Source: the human T2T-CHM13v2.0 reference genome, Homo sapiens. Taken from it: a stretch of DNA of 64,000 nucleotides. Positions 51,490 through 64,000 of the stretch are shown here, piece after piece. The position numbers and the translations under genes are program-made. Within the stretch, counting starts at the first letter, position 1, and each line of letters opens with the position of its first letter. The notes under the pieces were generated by a model. It was not told where the DNA came from. It saw only the letters and a list, made by a program, of their open reading frames with translations, and made no database searches. The stretch lies in the NCBI RefSeq assembly GCF_009914755.1, contig NC_060931.1. One strand, given 5' to 3'.

Positions 51490-51838
51490 CTGTCACAAAG
51501 GAGAACAAGCCTCATTCTTGTGCTTGGTCTTTTAAGGACAAACTTATGAGTCTCTATGAATCTCTCAGTTTACAGTGCCACTATAAAAATCCATTAATCT
51601 CCACGTGGTGACATGCTGTACATTCCTATAAAGTACTGCCTGTGGCTATAACTTCATCTGCGGTTGCTAAAGGCATTAGTTTAGAGAGAATGCAAACATC
51701 CAGCTAAAGCTAATAGGAAGGTCTGGAGAAAGCAAATCAATTTTTCAAAATGGTCCAAGCTACAGACATATTTGGAAGAGCAGGCAGTTTGACAGACAAT
51801 TTTCCCTTTGAAACATCACATGCTGACAGGTATCATAC

Positions 51839-51960
51839 CTCGGAAACCTGGGGCCTGCAGGGGCTTTGTTCCAAGTTCTGTGTGGGGCATGTTATGTTGC
51901 TGTAGCTTCCTTTTTGCTTCCAGGACAGGATTTTCAAACTGTGTTCTTCTATTTATGTGG
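51839..51960 (-). CDS. MAGI2: MAGI2 internal coding exon (122 nt; end of WW2 and WW2-PDZ1 linker; probably exon 8)
   Basis: Reverse strand reads ttttcttttttag|C CAC ATA AAT AGA AGA ACA CAG TTT GAA AAT CCT...GGT TTC CGA G|gtatga = (D)HINRRTQFENPVLEAKRKLQQHNMPHTELGTKPLQAPGFR, matching MAGI2 as I recall it. Canonical AG/GT. Not in the ORF track. Confidence 0.96.
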
Positions 51961-53319
51961 CTAAAAAAGAAAATTTCAGATTAGGATAACCGTGGGGCAA
52001 AGTTATTTAAAAGACCATATGTATGGCTCTATGGAGAGCAGGTGATTAAGGGCCACCTTATCTGATTACAGTCAAGTGCCTCACCCAGCACGCGGTCAGG
52101 CTCCTGACTGGGCTGGCCTGTGTACAACACACATTTCTGTGACAAGTGCTGAGTTTTCAAAGGCTCTCTCATATGTTATTCTATTTACATTATGCATAAT
52201 TCAGCCAAAAGAACTAGAATGTGCACTTGCTTTCTGGTCTACTGTGTTCATTTGAGATGAGTTTAATATGCATGAAACTAAGTGGTCAAGAAATGAAATT
52301 TATACTGAATGGTATTGAAGAAAAGAGCATCACCTGAGCTTTGCAAAGTCCCCATATCCAACAGGATAAATGTGAGGTAAATTCATTGATAGAGTATAGC
52401 AACCAGAGTCTGCACTTTTTAGAGTTGGTCCTGGATTGAGAGACTGGGATCCAGGAGAAAGAGTTTGCAGAAGTTACAGAATACATATGTAGGACAGTTG
52501 ATGCTGAAATCAAGCAAAAGTAGAGAATTCATATTCTACATGGTGAGAGGGCAAATTTGTAGGTATCAGACGCAGAGTGGCTTGAAGCAACTGTTGCCCA
52601 GCTAAACTGAGAGCTTATAGTCCAAGCAAACTGTGAATTTCTGTATAGCAGGCTGTTTGAAATGCAGAGTTCCTTATCTGTGGGGAGAGTAGAAACCAAC
52701 AAATCTGCTTTTAGTGGTGGGCCTATGCTGCTCTTTCTCTAGGATATAAACATCCCATGAGAGGGCTGGCATATACATTGATACATAGAATTATGGCAGG
52801 CAAGCATGAAGAGGAGAGAAGGAATGGAAGAGAAACTGACAAATACTGAGTACTTAACTCTTGGCCAGTTACTATGTATAGTTTTCCTCAGTGAAGTTTC
52901 ATAACAACCCAGACTTGCATTCCAATTATTCACCTTTTAAAGGCAATGAGACTGACACATGGAGAGATCGGATTATTTGCTCTAAATCACATGTCTCGTA
53001 AGTGGAAAGGCTGGACTTGGCCGGGTTTATTTCTAAACTGAATCTCTGCACACTTTTTTCTTTTGGATATACAATTTCACATTGGCATGTGCACACACAC
53101 TTATTGTGTGTATACACCCTGCACGTCCCCAACATAAACCACTTACAGCTTCAGAAAGGAAAGGAGACAGAAGCAGCAACATCTCAACAACCAATTTCCA
53201 ATACTATGAATCAGATCATTTCAAAGCAGTTCCCAGAAACATGGTAAGTCAACCGTAAGATCTAATTCTTTCCTCACGGGAGACAGGGTAAGGTAGCTGC
53301 CTGCCCCACAGGCTCTGCA

Positions 53320-53520
53320 GTTAATCAGTCCTGTATTCAAATTCCAGCTCTACCACTTGACTAGCTATGTGACCTTGGTTGAGTTATTGAAACTGAGTCT
53401 TAGTGTCTTAATCTGTAATAGCAGCGTAATGCCTCCTTCTTGGGGTGGTTGTGAGGATTAAGTGAAATAATGAATATTAGCACATGGTTTTGAGTACAGA
53501 CATACTCAATAATTAGCAGC
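53320..53520 (+). mobile_element. MIR
   Basis: ttcaaattccagctctaccacttgactagctatgtgaccttgg...ggttgtgaggattaagtga. Confidence 0.8.
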
Positions 53521-54114
53521 AGCTTGTATCATCATCTTAATCACCACCATTACTGTCATCATTTTTCATCCATAAGAAAGGCTTTACTGGGGAACTTCAG
53601 AAGCACTGGGACCTTGCTCTAACTGCCTTTGGTGCTGTTTAGGAAGGGAGTGCTTCTAACAGTGCTCTTTGTTAATGAAACTCATTTGTAAGAGGTTCAA
53701 AGTACAACCATCTATGTAAAATTATTTTCCCACTGGAAATAAAACGTTATTGTAATGCTCTTGTTCACCAAGGCCTTGTGCATCATGACTGTGGTGCACA
53801 GTGAACTAATAATATCTGTGCCTGTAAAGCATGTGAGCTGTAAACTCTAACACTGCCACCCTGTTTTGGAAGGACCAGAGTTTGATGCCTGTTTTCCCGT
53901 TTCTCCATTGTTACATAACTTCCTTACCAAAATCCTTTGAAACCTTCCTATTACTTAAACATATACTGTTCCTGATTTTGCCCTCACTCATTTCTGTAGC
54001 TTCACCTTTGGCTGCATCACCACATGTGCCCTCTACGTTGAACATACTTGGAGCTACTTTGATCAGTGACCCTCTATCAGACCTCTTATCTTTCCACGAG
54101 AGATTCAGTATGTA

Positions 54115-54260
54115 AATGGTGCAGCACTTGAAGCAAGACAACCTGGGTTTCAGGTGGCATCTTGGGCAAATTTCTAACTCTCTAAGCTTCAATATCTTTA
54201 TCTGTAAAATGGGGACATTAATAGCTACATCACGGGTTGCTGTGAGGATAAGAGAATTGT
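54115..54260 (+). mobile_element. MIR
   Basis: cttgggcaaatttctaactctctaagcttcaatatctttatctgtaaaatgggg. Confidence 0.75.
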
Positions 54261-54544
54261 TTACAATGTTTACAATGTTTGTATCTCCCTTAGATACCCA
54301 GGGAGAACCCAACAATGAAGTTATGGTTGTTATTTTTTTGAGGTACAGTTATTTCTTATTACTATTATTGAAGTGTTGCAGTGGTTATTGCCATTATTCT
54401 AAGGATGTTTTTCCTATCTCTCCTGTGTCTCCTTCCCTCACTCCTCCCAGCCACGTTCCCTGCCTGTGTGATATTCTTCCACCTTGGGTTCTCAGAAAAC
54501 TTTGAACAGACTTCTCTCATTGCAGTTTATTCACTTAAAAAAAA

Positions 54545-54644
54545 TCCATCCACTGAAGCATTTATCCTTTAAGTAACAAATAATCCAATTACATTCTTTA
54601 AGTTATTTAAAAATATACAATTAAGTTATTATTCACTATAGTCA
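54545..54644 (-). mobile_element. Short L1MA 3'UTR fragment
   Basis: gcatttatcctt...aatccaattacattcttt...caattaagttattattcactatagtca. Confidence 0.65.
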
Positions 54645-56213
54645 GTATTCACTTATTTTCTTATACTCCACTTCATCATTAAGAAGATTTGAGGACAACA
54701 ACAACAAAAGTAAACAAAATTAGGTTGAAGTTAGTTGAATCAAGGTGGGAGATCAATAGAATTGATAAGATAGGTTCCTATTTATTTACTAGAGTTTTGT
54801 TGCAAATTAGCTTTCAGCTTTTAAGCTGCTAATTCAACAGGAGAGAGAAACCAATTATACTATTAAGAGTATTTAAGATGCACCGAAGCCAGTTGTTTAG
54901 AAGGACATAGTATTCCTAAGTCTTATTGACATTCCTTTCCAAATTTTGAATAAAGAGATTTCTGTGACGTAGTATACAGCATCCTAAATGATAATTTTAC
55001 AATAATGAATTTCACAGGCTATACTAACTTTATTAAAATGTGTTTTAATGATTAATTTTCATGCTGATTTCCTTCCCTAGATTGTGTACTTCTATATACA
55101 GGATACATGTGTTATTTATCTTTCTGTATTGAGCATCTAATACAGTGAATGGAAAATAGCTTTTCTTGTTAAATGACTAAATGATGAGTGTGTGTTTTAA
55201 AACATTTATTTTCAAACATATGTCAATAACTTTAAGAAACCAAGAAACAGCTTTGAAATGTACTAGGATATCAACTTTTCTTGTTTCCTATCTGTTCTAT
55301 ATCCGTTTTGCTAGGTCATTGTTCGTCATATGCATAACTTTATCCTTAGAAAATACATTACGAAAACTTTCTGGGATGCAGTTATGCATACAACCCAGTT
55401 CCTCCAACTTTCCACCTGCATGTAATTATTTTCTTAGAAAAGTTAATGTGCAGCCACCTGCTTTATGGTCACTATGTTGAAAATATTCCATTTACCATCA
55501 AAATGAGTTTCTAGAGTTCACAGAGAATGAGAATACCAATGAGCTAGTTTGGCATGCCTTGGACCCCACAGACAGCAAAAGCAGGATATGGCTATAGCAC
55601 CATAAGCTAATTGCTACAGAACATTTCCATTGTCACAAATGAAGTCATTCATTTGAAACTTAAAATGCTCACAAGCTCTAAAAGACTTATCACAAAGAAA
55701 TGTGATTGTAGCTGAATAGAAACTTGTCTTCCTTATGCTTCCAAAATGAATAGTTTCAAGTTCTTTCAGCAAGGATTTGGGGGTCTTACAATGTGTACAA
55801 AAAGATGTGAATGACAAATGCCATCCTTCTCATTGTTTAGGCTCTGTGAGGTAAGTACTAGCTATTTCATCTAGCTTCCATACAGAACAAGAAGCTGGGA
55901 AGCTACCAAGAGTTCTTGCTATTTAATTATATCTAGTCTATTGTCATATTTTGCTAAGAGAATCTTGAGCTATTAAAAGCTAAAAGCGTAAGAGTCATAT
56001 TCTGAAGTGCGTATATCTTAAAGATTCCGTTTTCTCTTTACAGAAGGGAAAGACTACTGATGAGAGATGCTTCCAAATTAAAAGTGGCAAAGGACTCAGG
56101 ATATTTAAGGATGAGATTCCATTGCCTGATCTCTTTGTCTTTACATTCACTTATCTGCAGTCTGACTCTCTCCTCTCACCATGGAATGGAAACTTAGAGT
56201 AAGTTCGTATGTG

Positions 56214-56397
56214 GCAGTGCTTTGAAATTCCAGATGCACCAGAGAGCTTCAAAAACAAACAGAAAACAGAAGACTCAGGGCTACCCTAAATCAACTGATT
56301 CATAATTTCAGAATGAGATCCACAGGCATTGGCATTTTTTAGATGAAAGAAAGCTTCCCAGGTGTCTCTAGTGTGCAGCTACGGCTGTGATCCCCTG
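56214..56397. mobile_element. MER5-type hAT MITE
   Basis: cagtgctttgaaa...aagcttcccaggtgtctctagtgtgcagc...cccctg pattern. Confidence 0.6.
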
Positions 56398-57140
56398 AGT
56401 TAGAAGCTGAGAATGTGTGAAGAGGTGTTGCATAAGGAGTATCTTGCCTGATAAGATTTATGCAGAAGCCTCTTTTTCTATATGTGGCCTCAGGGAGGAT
56501 TAGGAAATGCAACTTTGCTCCTGAAGAGGACTTCTGCCCTCAGAAGTTTCAGACAAGCACTGAGGGAAGGAAATATTTGCAGCTGATTAGAGGCCATGCT
56601 GCCAAAGGTGGTCCCTGGTCCAGGTCCTGTTTGCCTGCCATTTTCTTCATTGTGGAGAGGAAAGGGAGGAATTAGGAGGAAAGTCTTAAATACTGAGCCC
56701 ATCAGTATGCACAGGACAGGTAGGCTGAAGGTTATCAAAGCCATTCCCCGACCCTCACCATCAATGCTCCCTGTATATCTATATCTCAGCCTGTTCACAA
56801 CCCACCTTGCTTCTCCTGGGGTTTTTGGAGACAGGCTCTTTTAGTGCATAGTCGTGGATGACACCTTTGCACCTGCAGGTTACTATCCTGCTATCTTGAC
56901 TTCAGTTAACATTTAGAAATAATCAATGTGGAAGAGAGAAGGGAGCAGCTTTTAAGTGGAGACTGTGTCACAGATAAAATGTTTCCAAGGTATCCAAGGT
57001 GTCTGTGCTAATTATCCAAGACATGAGGTACATAGTGCTCAAATATTTACTGAATAAATACATGAATGGAGCAAGGCCAGCAGGAAAGAGGATATATCTC
57101 ACTGTTTTCTAGCTTCACTCTCCTGTAAAATACACATTGT

Positions 57141-57313
57141 GGGCAGGGAATGGTGACCCATTTCTGTAACCCCAGCACTTTGGGAGGCTTAGGTGGGCAG
57201 ATTGCCTGAGCATAGGAGTTTGAGACTAGCCTGGGCAACACGGCAAAATCCCGTCTCTACTAAAAGTATAAAAATTAGCCAGGCATGGTGGCACAAGTGT
57301 CTGTAGTCTCAGC
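57141..57313 (+). mobile_element. Alu truncated in the right arm
   Basis: Left monomer plus linker; stops after ctgtagtctcagct with no A tail. Confidence 0.88.
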
Positions 57314-57809
57314 TTGGGTTACAACAGAAAAGTGTGAATAAGGAAAAGCACTATATTAGGGATGAAATGTGGGAGCATTAGACAAGCAGCAACTCAGCAT
57401 TGAGAGAGGGAGTGAGAGGACTGGCTTGGGGCTTGGCGTTGTGGCTCAGGATGACCACAATGCAAACTGGCTTCTTTTGGGCTTCCTGAATGAACCTAGT
57501 GTGGATTTCATCATTGCTTGGAATCCCTAGGCTTTCTCTAACCCCAATTCCAATTCCCCATCTCTGCACTGTTACCAACTCCCATCTGAACCCCTAGACT
57601 ACAGCTGAACTAGCAGGCAAACACAGACATTGCACCCTCCCTGACTATATTTTATTCATTTTAATATGAGCCTTGGGAAGACTTCATAATTTTTTCTCTA
57701 CTGTCATGTTTGAAAAAATGGAATAAAAACAACTTCATGCTTTGGAAACTGGGAGGAAAATAACCCTAGAAGGATCTTCTGGAGCCAACCCTCTTCAAAG
57801 AAGACAGGA

Positions 57810-58050
57810 TAGTATAATTATGAACTCAGTCTCTGTAGTCATGATGCTCACATCCAAGCCCCTGCACATCCTAGGTATGTAACCGTGAGCACATCATTTA
57901 CCCTTTTTTTGTGCTTCAGAATTTTTCACCTGTAAAGTCAGATAAAAATAATATTCACCTTACAGAGTTGTTGTGCATATTAAATGTGTTAAAATGGGTA
58001 AACTACTTAAGAACAGTGCCTGGATGTAAGTACTCAGTCAATGCTAACTA
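57810..58050 (+). mobile_element. MIR
   Basis: gtgcttcagaatttttcacctgtaaag...agaacagtgcctgg. Confidence 0.7.
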
Positions 58051-59334
58051 TCATCATTCATCGCATATTTATTTCCCAAAGTCTCTTGACTAGACACTAT
58101 GGTTGATAGGGGAGGGACAAAGATGAATCAGGCACATAGTCTAGCAGGGGAGAGAAAACAGGGACAAAAAAGAATTATGATGCAAAACAAGGTTACATAA
58201 TGCAATGTGTGCCTTACAGGGCTTTGAAATGCTGAATTTTAGAAGTACTAGATTAAAGCCTAATGTTTTAAATACGTTATTATAAAATATGAGCTTTGAA
58301 TAAATGGAAAAATGGCATCTATTTTACTTGGAGCATTTTTTAAAAACAGAATAATTGAATCCTGCCTCTTGAAAGATTTCTTCCCAATTCTAACACTTAA
58401 GTGATAATTTTCCTTCTATAAACGTCCATTCATTATTTCCTACTGTACCTGGGGAAATGTCAGTTTGCTTTGTGAATGTGAATGGGAAGATTGAGTCATT
58501 CACACGTTAATTTCTCCTGCTCTTCCTGGACATGAGGGTGTCTATGTTGGGGATATAGTATCCAGCTGGGAGGTGGAATCATGGCCAACTGAGAAGAATA
58601 TCCACATATTGGCACTGAAACTCTTACAGCTGAGTCTGTCCTCTACTCCACACTAGGTTGAGCTTCTCAAAATGCAAATTTTCATATAAATGAGATCTCT
58701 TCCCTCCCTCGGTGGTAATGCTAGTTATTTAGTTAAGACATTAACCTGTAATGTGTATTTTATATATAAAGGAAGATTCATCACTAAGCCATTACTCTTC
58801 ACTAATTCCATGGAAAACTTCGAACTAACTCCTAGCAGACATGGCCGTGTGCACCATCAATCATGTCATGAAGCACCCAGGACCTACAAGGTACATAGAT
58901 TCAACTTCAAAAAATTCAGAGCCACTAGGCATGCATTAAAAAATGTTGTTTTCTATCGATCCCTTTTCACTCCCATAAAGTATCTCTCTAAAATGTTATT
59001 GCTGAGTGCAGGAGGAGATCATTGTTATCAAAGGTATTTCTAACCTTTTGCTTCTAGATTGAGTGAAAGTAGTGAATTATAAGTTCATAGAATAGGATTT
59101 AGCTAAAGGAAAACTAAAAGACTACACTATTTCAAGATCTTTCTGTATTAGAGACAAGACTAATAAGTCCTCTTCTACTGGTGTCTGACAATCTGACTAA
59201 GTAGTTTAAGTCCTTTACGTCTCATATATAATTCCATTGATTCCTCAGTATTCTGGGCACTAAGGACACAAAAGTGAACATGACAAAATCCTTTCCCTCA
59301 GGAGGCTCATGCTCCAGTGGGGGAGACACACAAG

Positions 59335-59447
59335 TTGGATGACCAACCATTTCAGTTTGCCTGGGACTAAGGAGTTTCCTGGGATGTGGGGCTTTCAGTT
59401 TTCAAACAGGGATATCCTGCATAAGTTAAGATGAGTTACTCATTCTA
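59335..59447. mobile_element. MER81/MER94-like hAT-Blackjack MITE within an L2 remnant
   Basis: gatgaccaaccatttcagtttgcctgggact...gatgagttactcattct. Confidence 0.6.
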
Positions 59448-62254
59448 GAAGTGGTCAGGAAAATATAACACAAGGCAAAAACTGCTGAAATTTGTATGCA
59501 TGACGTAAATACTCAGAGGGAGAAAAGACAACTTAGTCTGATGGCTCAGGGAAAGCTTCACAAAGGAAGAGACATGTAAACAGACTGTAGAAGGATGAAA
59601 GTATTTTGCTGGTTGGAGAAGGGGGCATTTTAGGAAGAGAGTAGTAGATATAGAGGTGCTCAGTAATATTCAATTCTGCCTACCTAGAGTACAAGGCTAG
59701 TGCACACAGACATGCATGTGGTTGTGTATGGGTGGCAATGTGGGAGCAAGAGGCGTAGGGGAGCGGATGGAAGCTACAAGACTGGAAGGACAGTTCTGAG
59801 TCATGGTATGGAGTTTTGTTTAGTCTGAAGATCTCCCTACTTCCATTGTGACCTTAGTCTAATGGAACTGCAGCTTTTAAGGTCTCCATCTTGGATGATG
59901 TACCTTATTCCTGAACTTGGGAGCATTATAAGATGAGCTTCAACACACATCAACCAAGTAGGAAAGCTGTGGTTCTCCCTAGAATTCCCAAGCATTTCTG
60001 CATCATTTCCTGGCTACCTTCAGTGTCCTAGGTATTGTTTTCACCTAGGGTATGAGGTTGAATTAGAGATGTTCCATGCGTATGAAAAAGTCATCCAGGG
60101 AAATAGCCATTTCTGTGTACAAGGAAGGGTGAGAATAGTCTGACTTGTAACATACTCTATGTTGAACTGGATTTCTATTTCTTAATAAATTACTTATGAG
60201 TTGCTAAAATGTGCAGTCACAATATAACTTAATTGAACTCCAAAAATACACATTCATACATAATGGTAAGCATACACAGCCATGGATACAGGAATCCTTT
60301 GGAGCTTGACTCTAAGGAGAGTCAGAGAATTACCAAGGACACTCAGAATACCGGGCAATGGCAAAGGCAACATCACTGATGTCTGGGATTATCCAGGAAG
60401 GAGGGAATCAGGAGAAGAATGCTAGTGAGGGGAAATTGACAAGACTGGGGACAAGGCTGTGGCAGATTATGAAAGTCACCAGGCCATGAAAATAACTCCA
60501 ATTCCATATAATACCCAAATTCCAGGTTTCCAAGACCAACATTCAGAGATGAGAAAAATACTGAAAAAGTATTATTCTTGACTACTGAGTCTTTATGACC
60601 ACATAGAGCAGGAGGAAATCAAATATATAGCAATTCCTTTTATATGCTAGAATGGGATGCAAGAGGGATTAGAAAACACAAAAAATTAAGAAAAAAATAC
60701 TTTTGACGAGTTTTAGGGAGAAAAGGATATATTGCTGGATACCTAGAATCTGCACAGAATCTTTAAATACCTTGCCACTAAATGTGACTGCAAGGTCTAG
60801 GAGTGAGCAGGAGGCTACAATTCTGTTAGGTAAGGACTCTGGGAAGATAGAAGAGGTATGGAGAAAAAGTAGGAATAGAGGATAAAGGTTCAGCAGCCCC
60901 AAGAACAGAGAAAGGTGGCAATAAGTTGCTTCAGTGTTGTTTTTAATAGATTGGTTTATTGGGGATAGGTATTGTGACAGAGTTTTATATAATTAACATA
61001 CTATGTCTAAAATTATGCCATTACTAGAAGATCAAAGCTTTGGACAAATGAGATGATAGTTTCATGTAACTGTAATGGGGGATGTATTTTCAAATAACTT
61101 GTTTGTTCTTTTCCATAATACAGATTTATATCCCCACAGTGGGCTGAGTTTGTGTTTTTCATTCTGAAGCTCTTAATAAAGAACAGGAAAGGTGTGATGT
61201 TGGATATTTCTGAAGAAAATTCCATTTGTGCACTTTTAAAGTTAATTCCAATTCAGATTTAAATTCTGTTTAATAGATGCCACAGTTTGCTGAAAGAAAC
61301 AGTTGCATGAAGAATGAATGTCAGCCTTGTAAAAAAACAAAGGAGAGACTAAAGGGAAGATAGTGGATGGCAGAGTGGGATGGGAACTAATATTCACCGA
61401 GCGAATACTATATGCTGACCCTCAGTGAAATAGGTTGCATGCTTTTAATTCACTTGCTCTTCCTAGAGGGTAAAACATTTTCTGCAGATCTTACATTAAG
61501 CGGCAGATGCACAAACAAAGCCTAGCTCCGTGTACTGCCAACATCCAAGAACACTGAGTTAGGTGATTCTGCTTCAAATATACACTTAGCTTTTATGGTG
61601 AAATTACTTATGTATGTACAGACATGGGCTATGTCTGGTAATCTGCAACACACTTCAGCCAGGTGATTCTCAATTTCTTTTTATCAGTTTTCATTACGAA
61701 ATTGGAAACTTTAAAAACATTGTGAACTACCTGCTTACTTTCTGAAGACAAAAATGTGAAAATACAGATATATTAAATATATTTTTTAAAGAACTCAGTG
61801 ATCACGTGCATAGAAACAGTGACTGAACGTGTTTTACCAGAAAATGTGTGTGTGTATGCGTTTTACATATTGGAGAAAGTGAGAAATGAAATGGTAATGA
61901 GGGCATGAATGAGGAGTCAGGAGACTGGGCTTTGTGTAACATTGCTTTCAAACCAGAAGGATCTGTTCCAAGGGTTGTCTTTCAGCTTCCCTTAGGGCAA
62001 GTCCTAACATCAATTTCTTGAACTCTTTGCCCTTACTGACTCTGGAAGTTGAGGGTGGGTCATGTCTCTGGCAATTATGATAATGATAATAAGGTGATTC
62101 TGTGCTAATATTCATGAATAAGATTACAGTTCTATGTGAGGGAGAATGGAGGTAGTCAACAATAACAAAACTATGTATGTCTTGTCTCAAACTTATAAAA
62201 GAATGCTGCATGTTGTAGGCCAGGTTCAGTTCTTCTGAGGGCCAGTGATCTAAG

Positions 62255-62530
62255 AAGAAATGGAGGGAGTTGTTAAAGGATATAGACTTACAGCTAGATA
62301 GGAGGAGTAAGTTCTGGTGTTCTACACCACTGTAGTATGACTATAATTTACAATAATATGTAGTCTCAAACAGCTAGACGGAGGATATTGAATGTTCCCA
62401 ACACAAATAAATTATAAATGAGATGATGGATATGCTAATTACCCTCATCTGATCACTACACTTTATAAGTATCAAAACATCACTATATACTCCATGAATA
62501 TGTATACTTATTATTTGTCAATTGAAAGAT
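62255..62530 (+). mobile_element. L1MA 3' end
   Basis: gataggaggagtaagttctggtgttct...gaatgttcccaacaca...gatatgctaattaccct. Confidence 0.85.
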
Positions 62531-63988
62531 TTTATAAAAGGACATGGAAACATGTTAATTAGCAAGGAATTTTTTATGTAACAGGGTGGAAGCTTGAGCG
62601 CTGGTGGGAACTCTTCCCAAACACCCACATAAAAGTCACCTGAAAGGGGTACACTTCTCACCCCACCTGTGCTATATTCACCACCAAACCTTGGACACCA
62701 ACAAAGGCAAGGAGGTGCCACTTGACTCTTGGTATCCTCAATCTCACTGAGATTCACCAAAGTGAAAGCCACTTCCAATGAGTCTGAGTGGTCCTTCTCT
62801 TCCATCTTTCAGACCAAACCAGCATTTTGGGTTTAAGCTACAATTGAAGATTTTGTCTACCACTCACTATCTTTGAGAAATTCCCCTAATGTTTCTGAAC
62901 TGCAACTGCCTCATCTGTAAATATTCTACTCATTTCATAGGACTGTTTTGAGGAGCAAACAAGATAAAATATAGAAAATGTTTAAAGATGAAGCACTGTA
63001 TAAATTTGATTTTGACATTCTTGGAATATTCAGGGTCTGGGAGTCAAGTGCAACTTAAATATGGACAGTGTGAAGTCTCTTAATTCTTGTCCTGGGCTGC
63101 AACAATATTTTTATCACCTACTAGCTTGATGGCCTGGCTTCTTTAAGTTTCATTTTCTCTGTTTGTAAAACAGCAGTAATAGTATCTCCCATTAAGCACT
63201 GTGGTGGTGATTAAATGAGTTTTACAAAATGCCTAATACATACCAAGTGCTTAATAATGGTAGCTATTAATATTTTTTTCTCTGGGTTGATTAATAGTTA
63301 CTAAATAAGACCCCCTTGGAGATAAAATTTACATATGAGGTCAGTGCCCCAAAATAAATTACTAAGCCACACTAGCAAAAAAGAAAGACAATCATTCCTG
63401 TCATTTTATTTATCTGAAAATATTATTCACATTATTTTGATGCCCAATTAAAACTGGAGAAAGTGAAGTAAGAATAATAGAATGGAGGGGCCCTGTCAAC
63501 CTTCATAGCTGAGTGTTGTGCTTAGTGGAAAGTTGAATTAAGATCTTTACATGACAACAAACTCAACAAGTAGTGCTTAATAAGCTTTCAGAGATTTGTT
63601 ACCTTATGATAAGTTTGAGACTAAATTTATGCAAAACTAATTTTATTAGCACAACAAAGAGCCTTTTTTTTTCTTTTGCCTTTAGTAGATCCAGTTAACC
63701 TTCTCAAACACAGAATGGAATTTCTTTTCTTTACAATTGTAGTTTGGCTTAATTGTATTAAACTTAAATGTGAAATTTGATGATAAAAGTTTCTATGATT
63801 CACCCATTTTTATTATACAATTAACTCAGTCTATGTAATATAATCTTATCTAATTAAATATGAAATCATCTGATAAACACTAGTAATAAATAATGTTTAA
63901 TGATGTCATTTTTTATTGTTAAAAAAAAGAAAAACAGGTTTCCTTTCAAATGTGTTCAGCTTTGACAGAAGTTAAAAATATATCTCTG

Positions 63989-64000
63989 GGCTGGGCGTGA
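63989..64000 (+). mobile_element. Probable Alu 5' start at the window edge
   Basis: ggctgggcgtga; only 12 nt are visible. Confidence 0.45.

Overview
Primate (very likely human) genomic DNA, AT-rich and repeat-dense, lying inside the MAGI2 (S-SCAM) gene, which runs on the minus strand. Two canonical coding exons are recognisable: 51960-51839 (end of WW2 plus linker) and 49877-49695 (N-terminal part of PDZ1). Everything else is intronic: L1, Alu/FLAM, L2, MIR, an MLT1 LTR, hAT MER elements and microsatellites. The apparent long ORFs are L1 ORF1/ORF2 fragments. The most interesting signals are: (1) a CpG-rich, frame-preserving 129-nt candidate cassette exon between the two canonical exons, which could also act as a polyadenylated terminal exon; (2) in-frame alternative acceptors upstream of the PDZ1 exon that would introduce a stop; (3) a recursive-splicing-like CAG|GTAAGA site deep in the downstream intron; (4) two L1PA7-like copies about 20 kb apart, each with its own TSD, that share many apparently non-consensus mutations; (5) two local templated duplications; (6) a cluster of strong plus-strand splice signals suggesting an antisense spliced transcript. 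There is no prokaryote-type system (CRISPR, operon). Repeat subfamily calls are from recalled consensus sequences and repeat boundaries are approximate.
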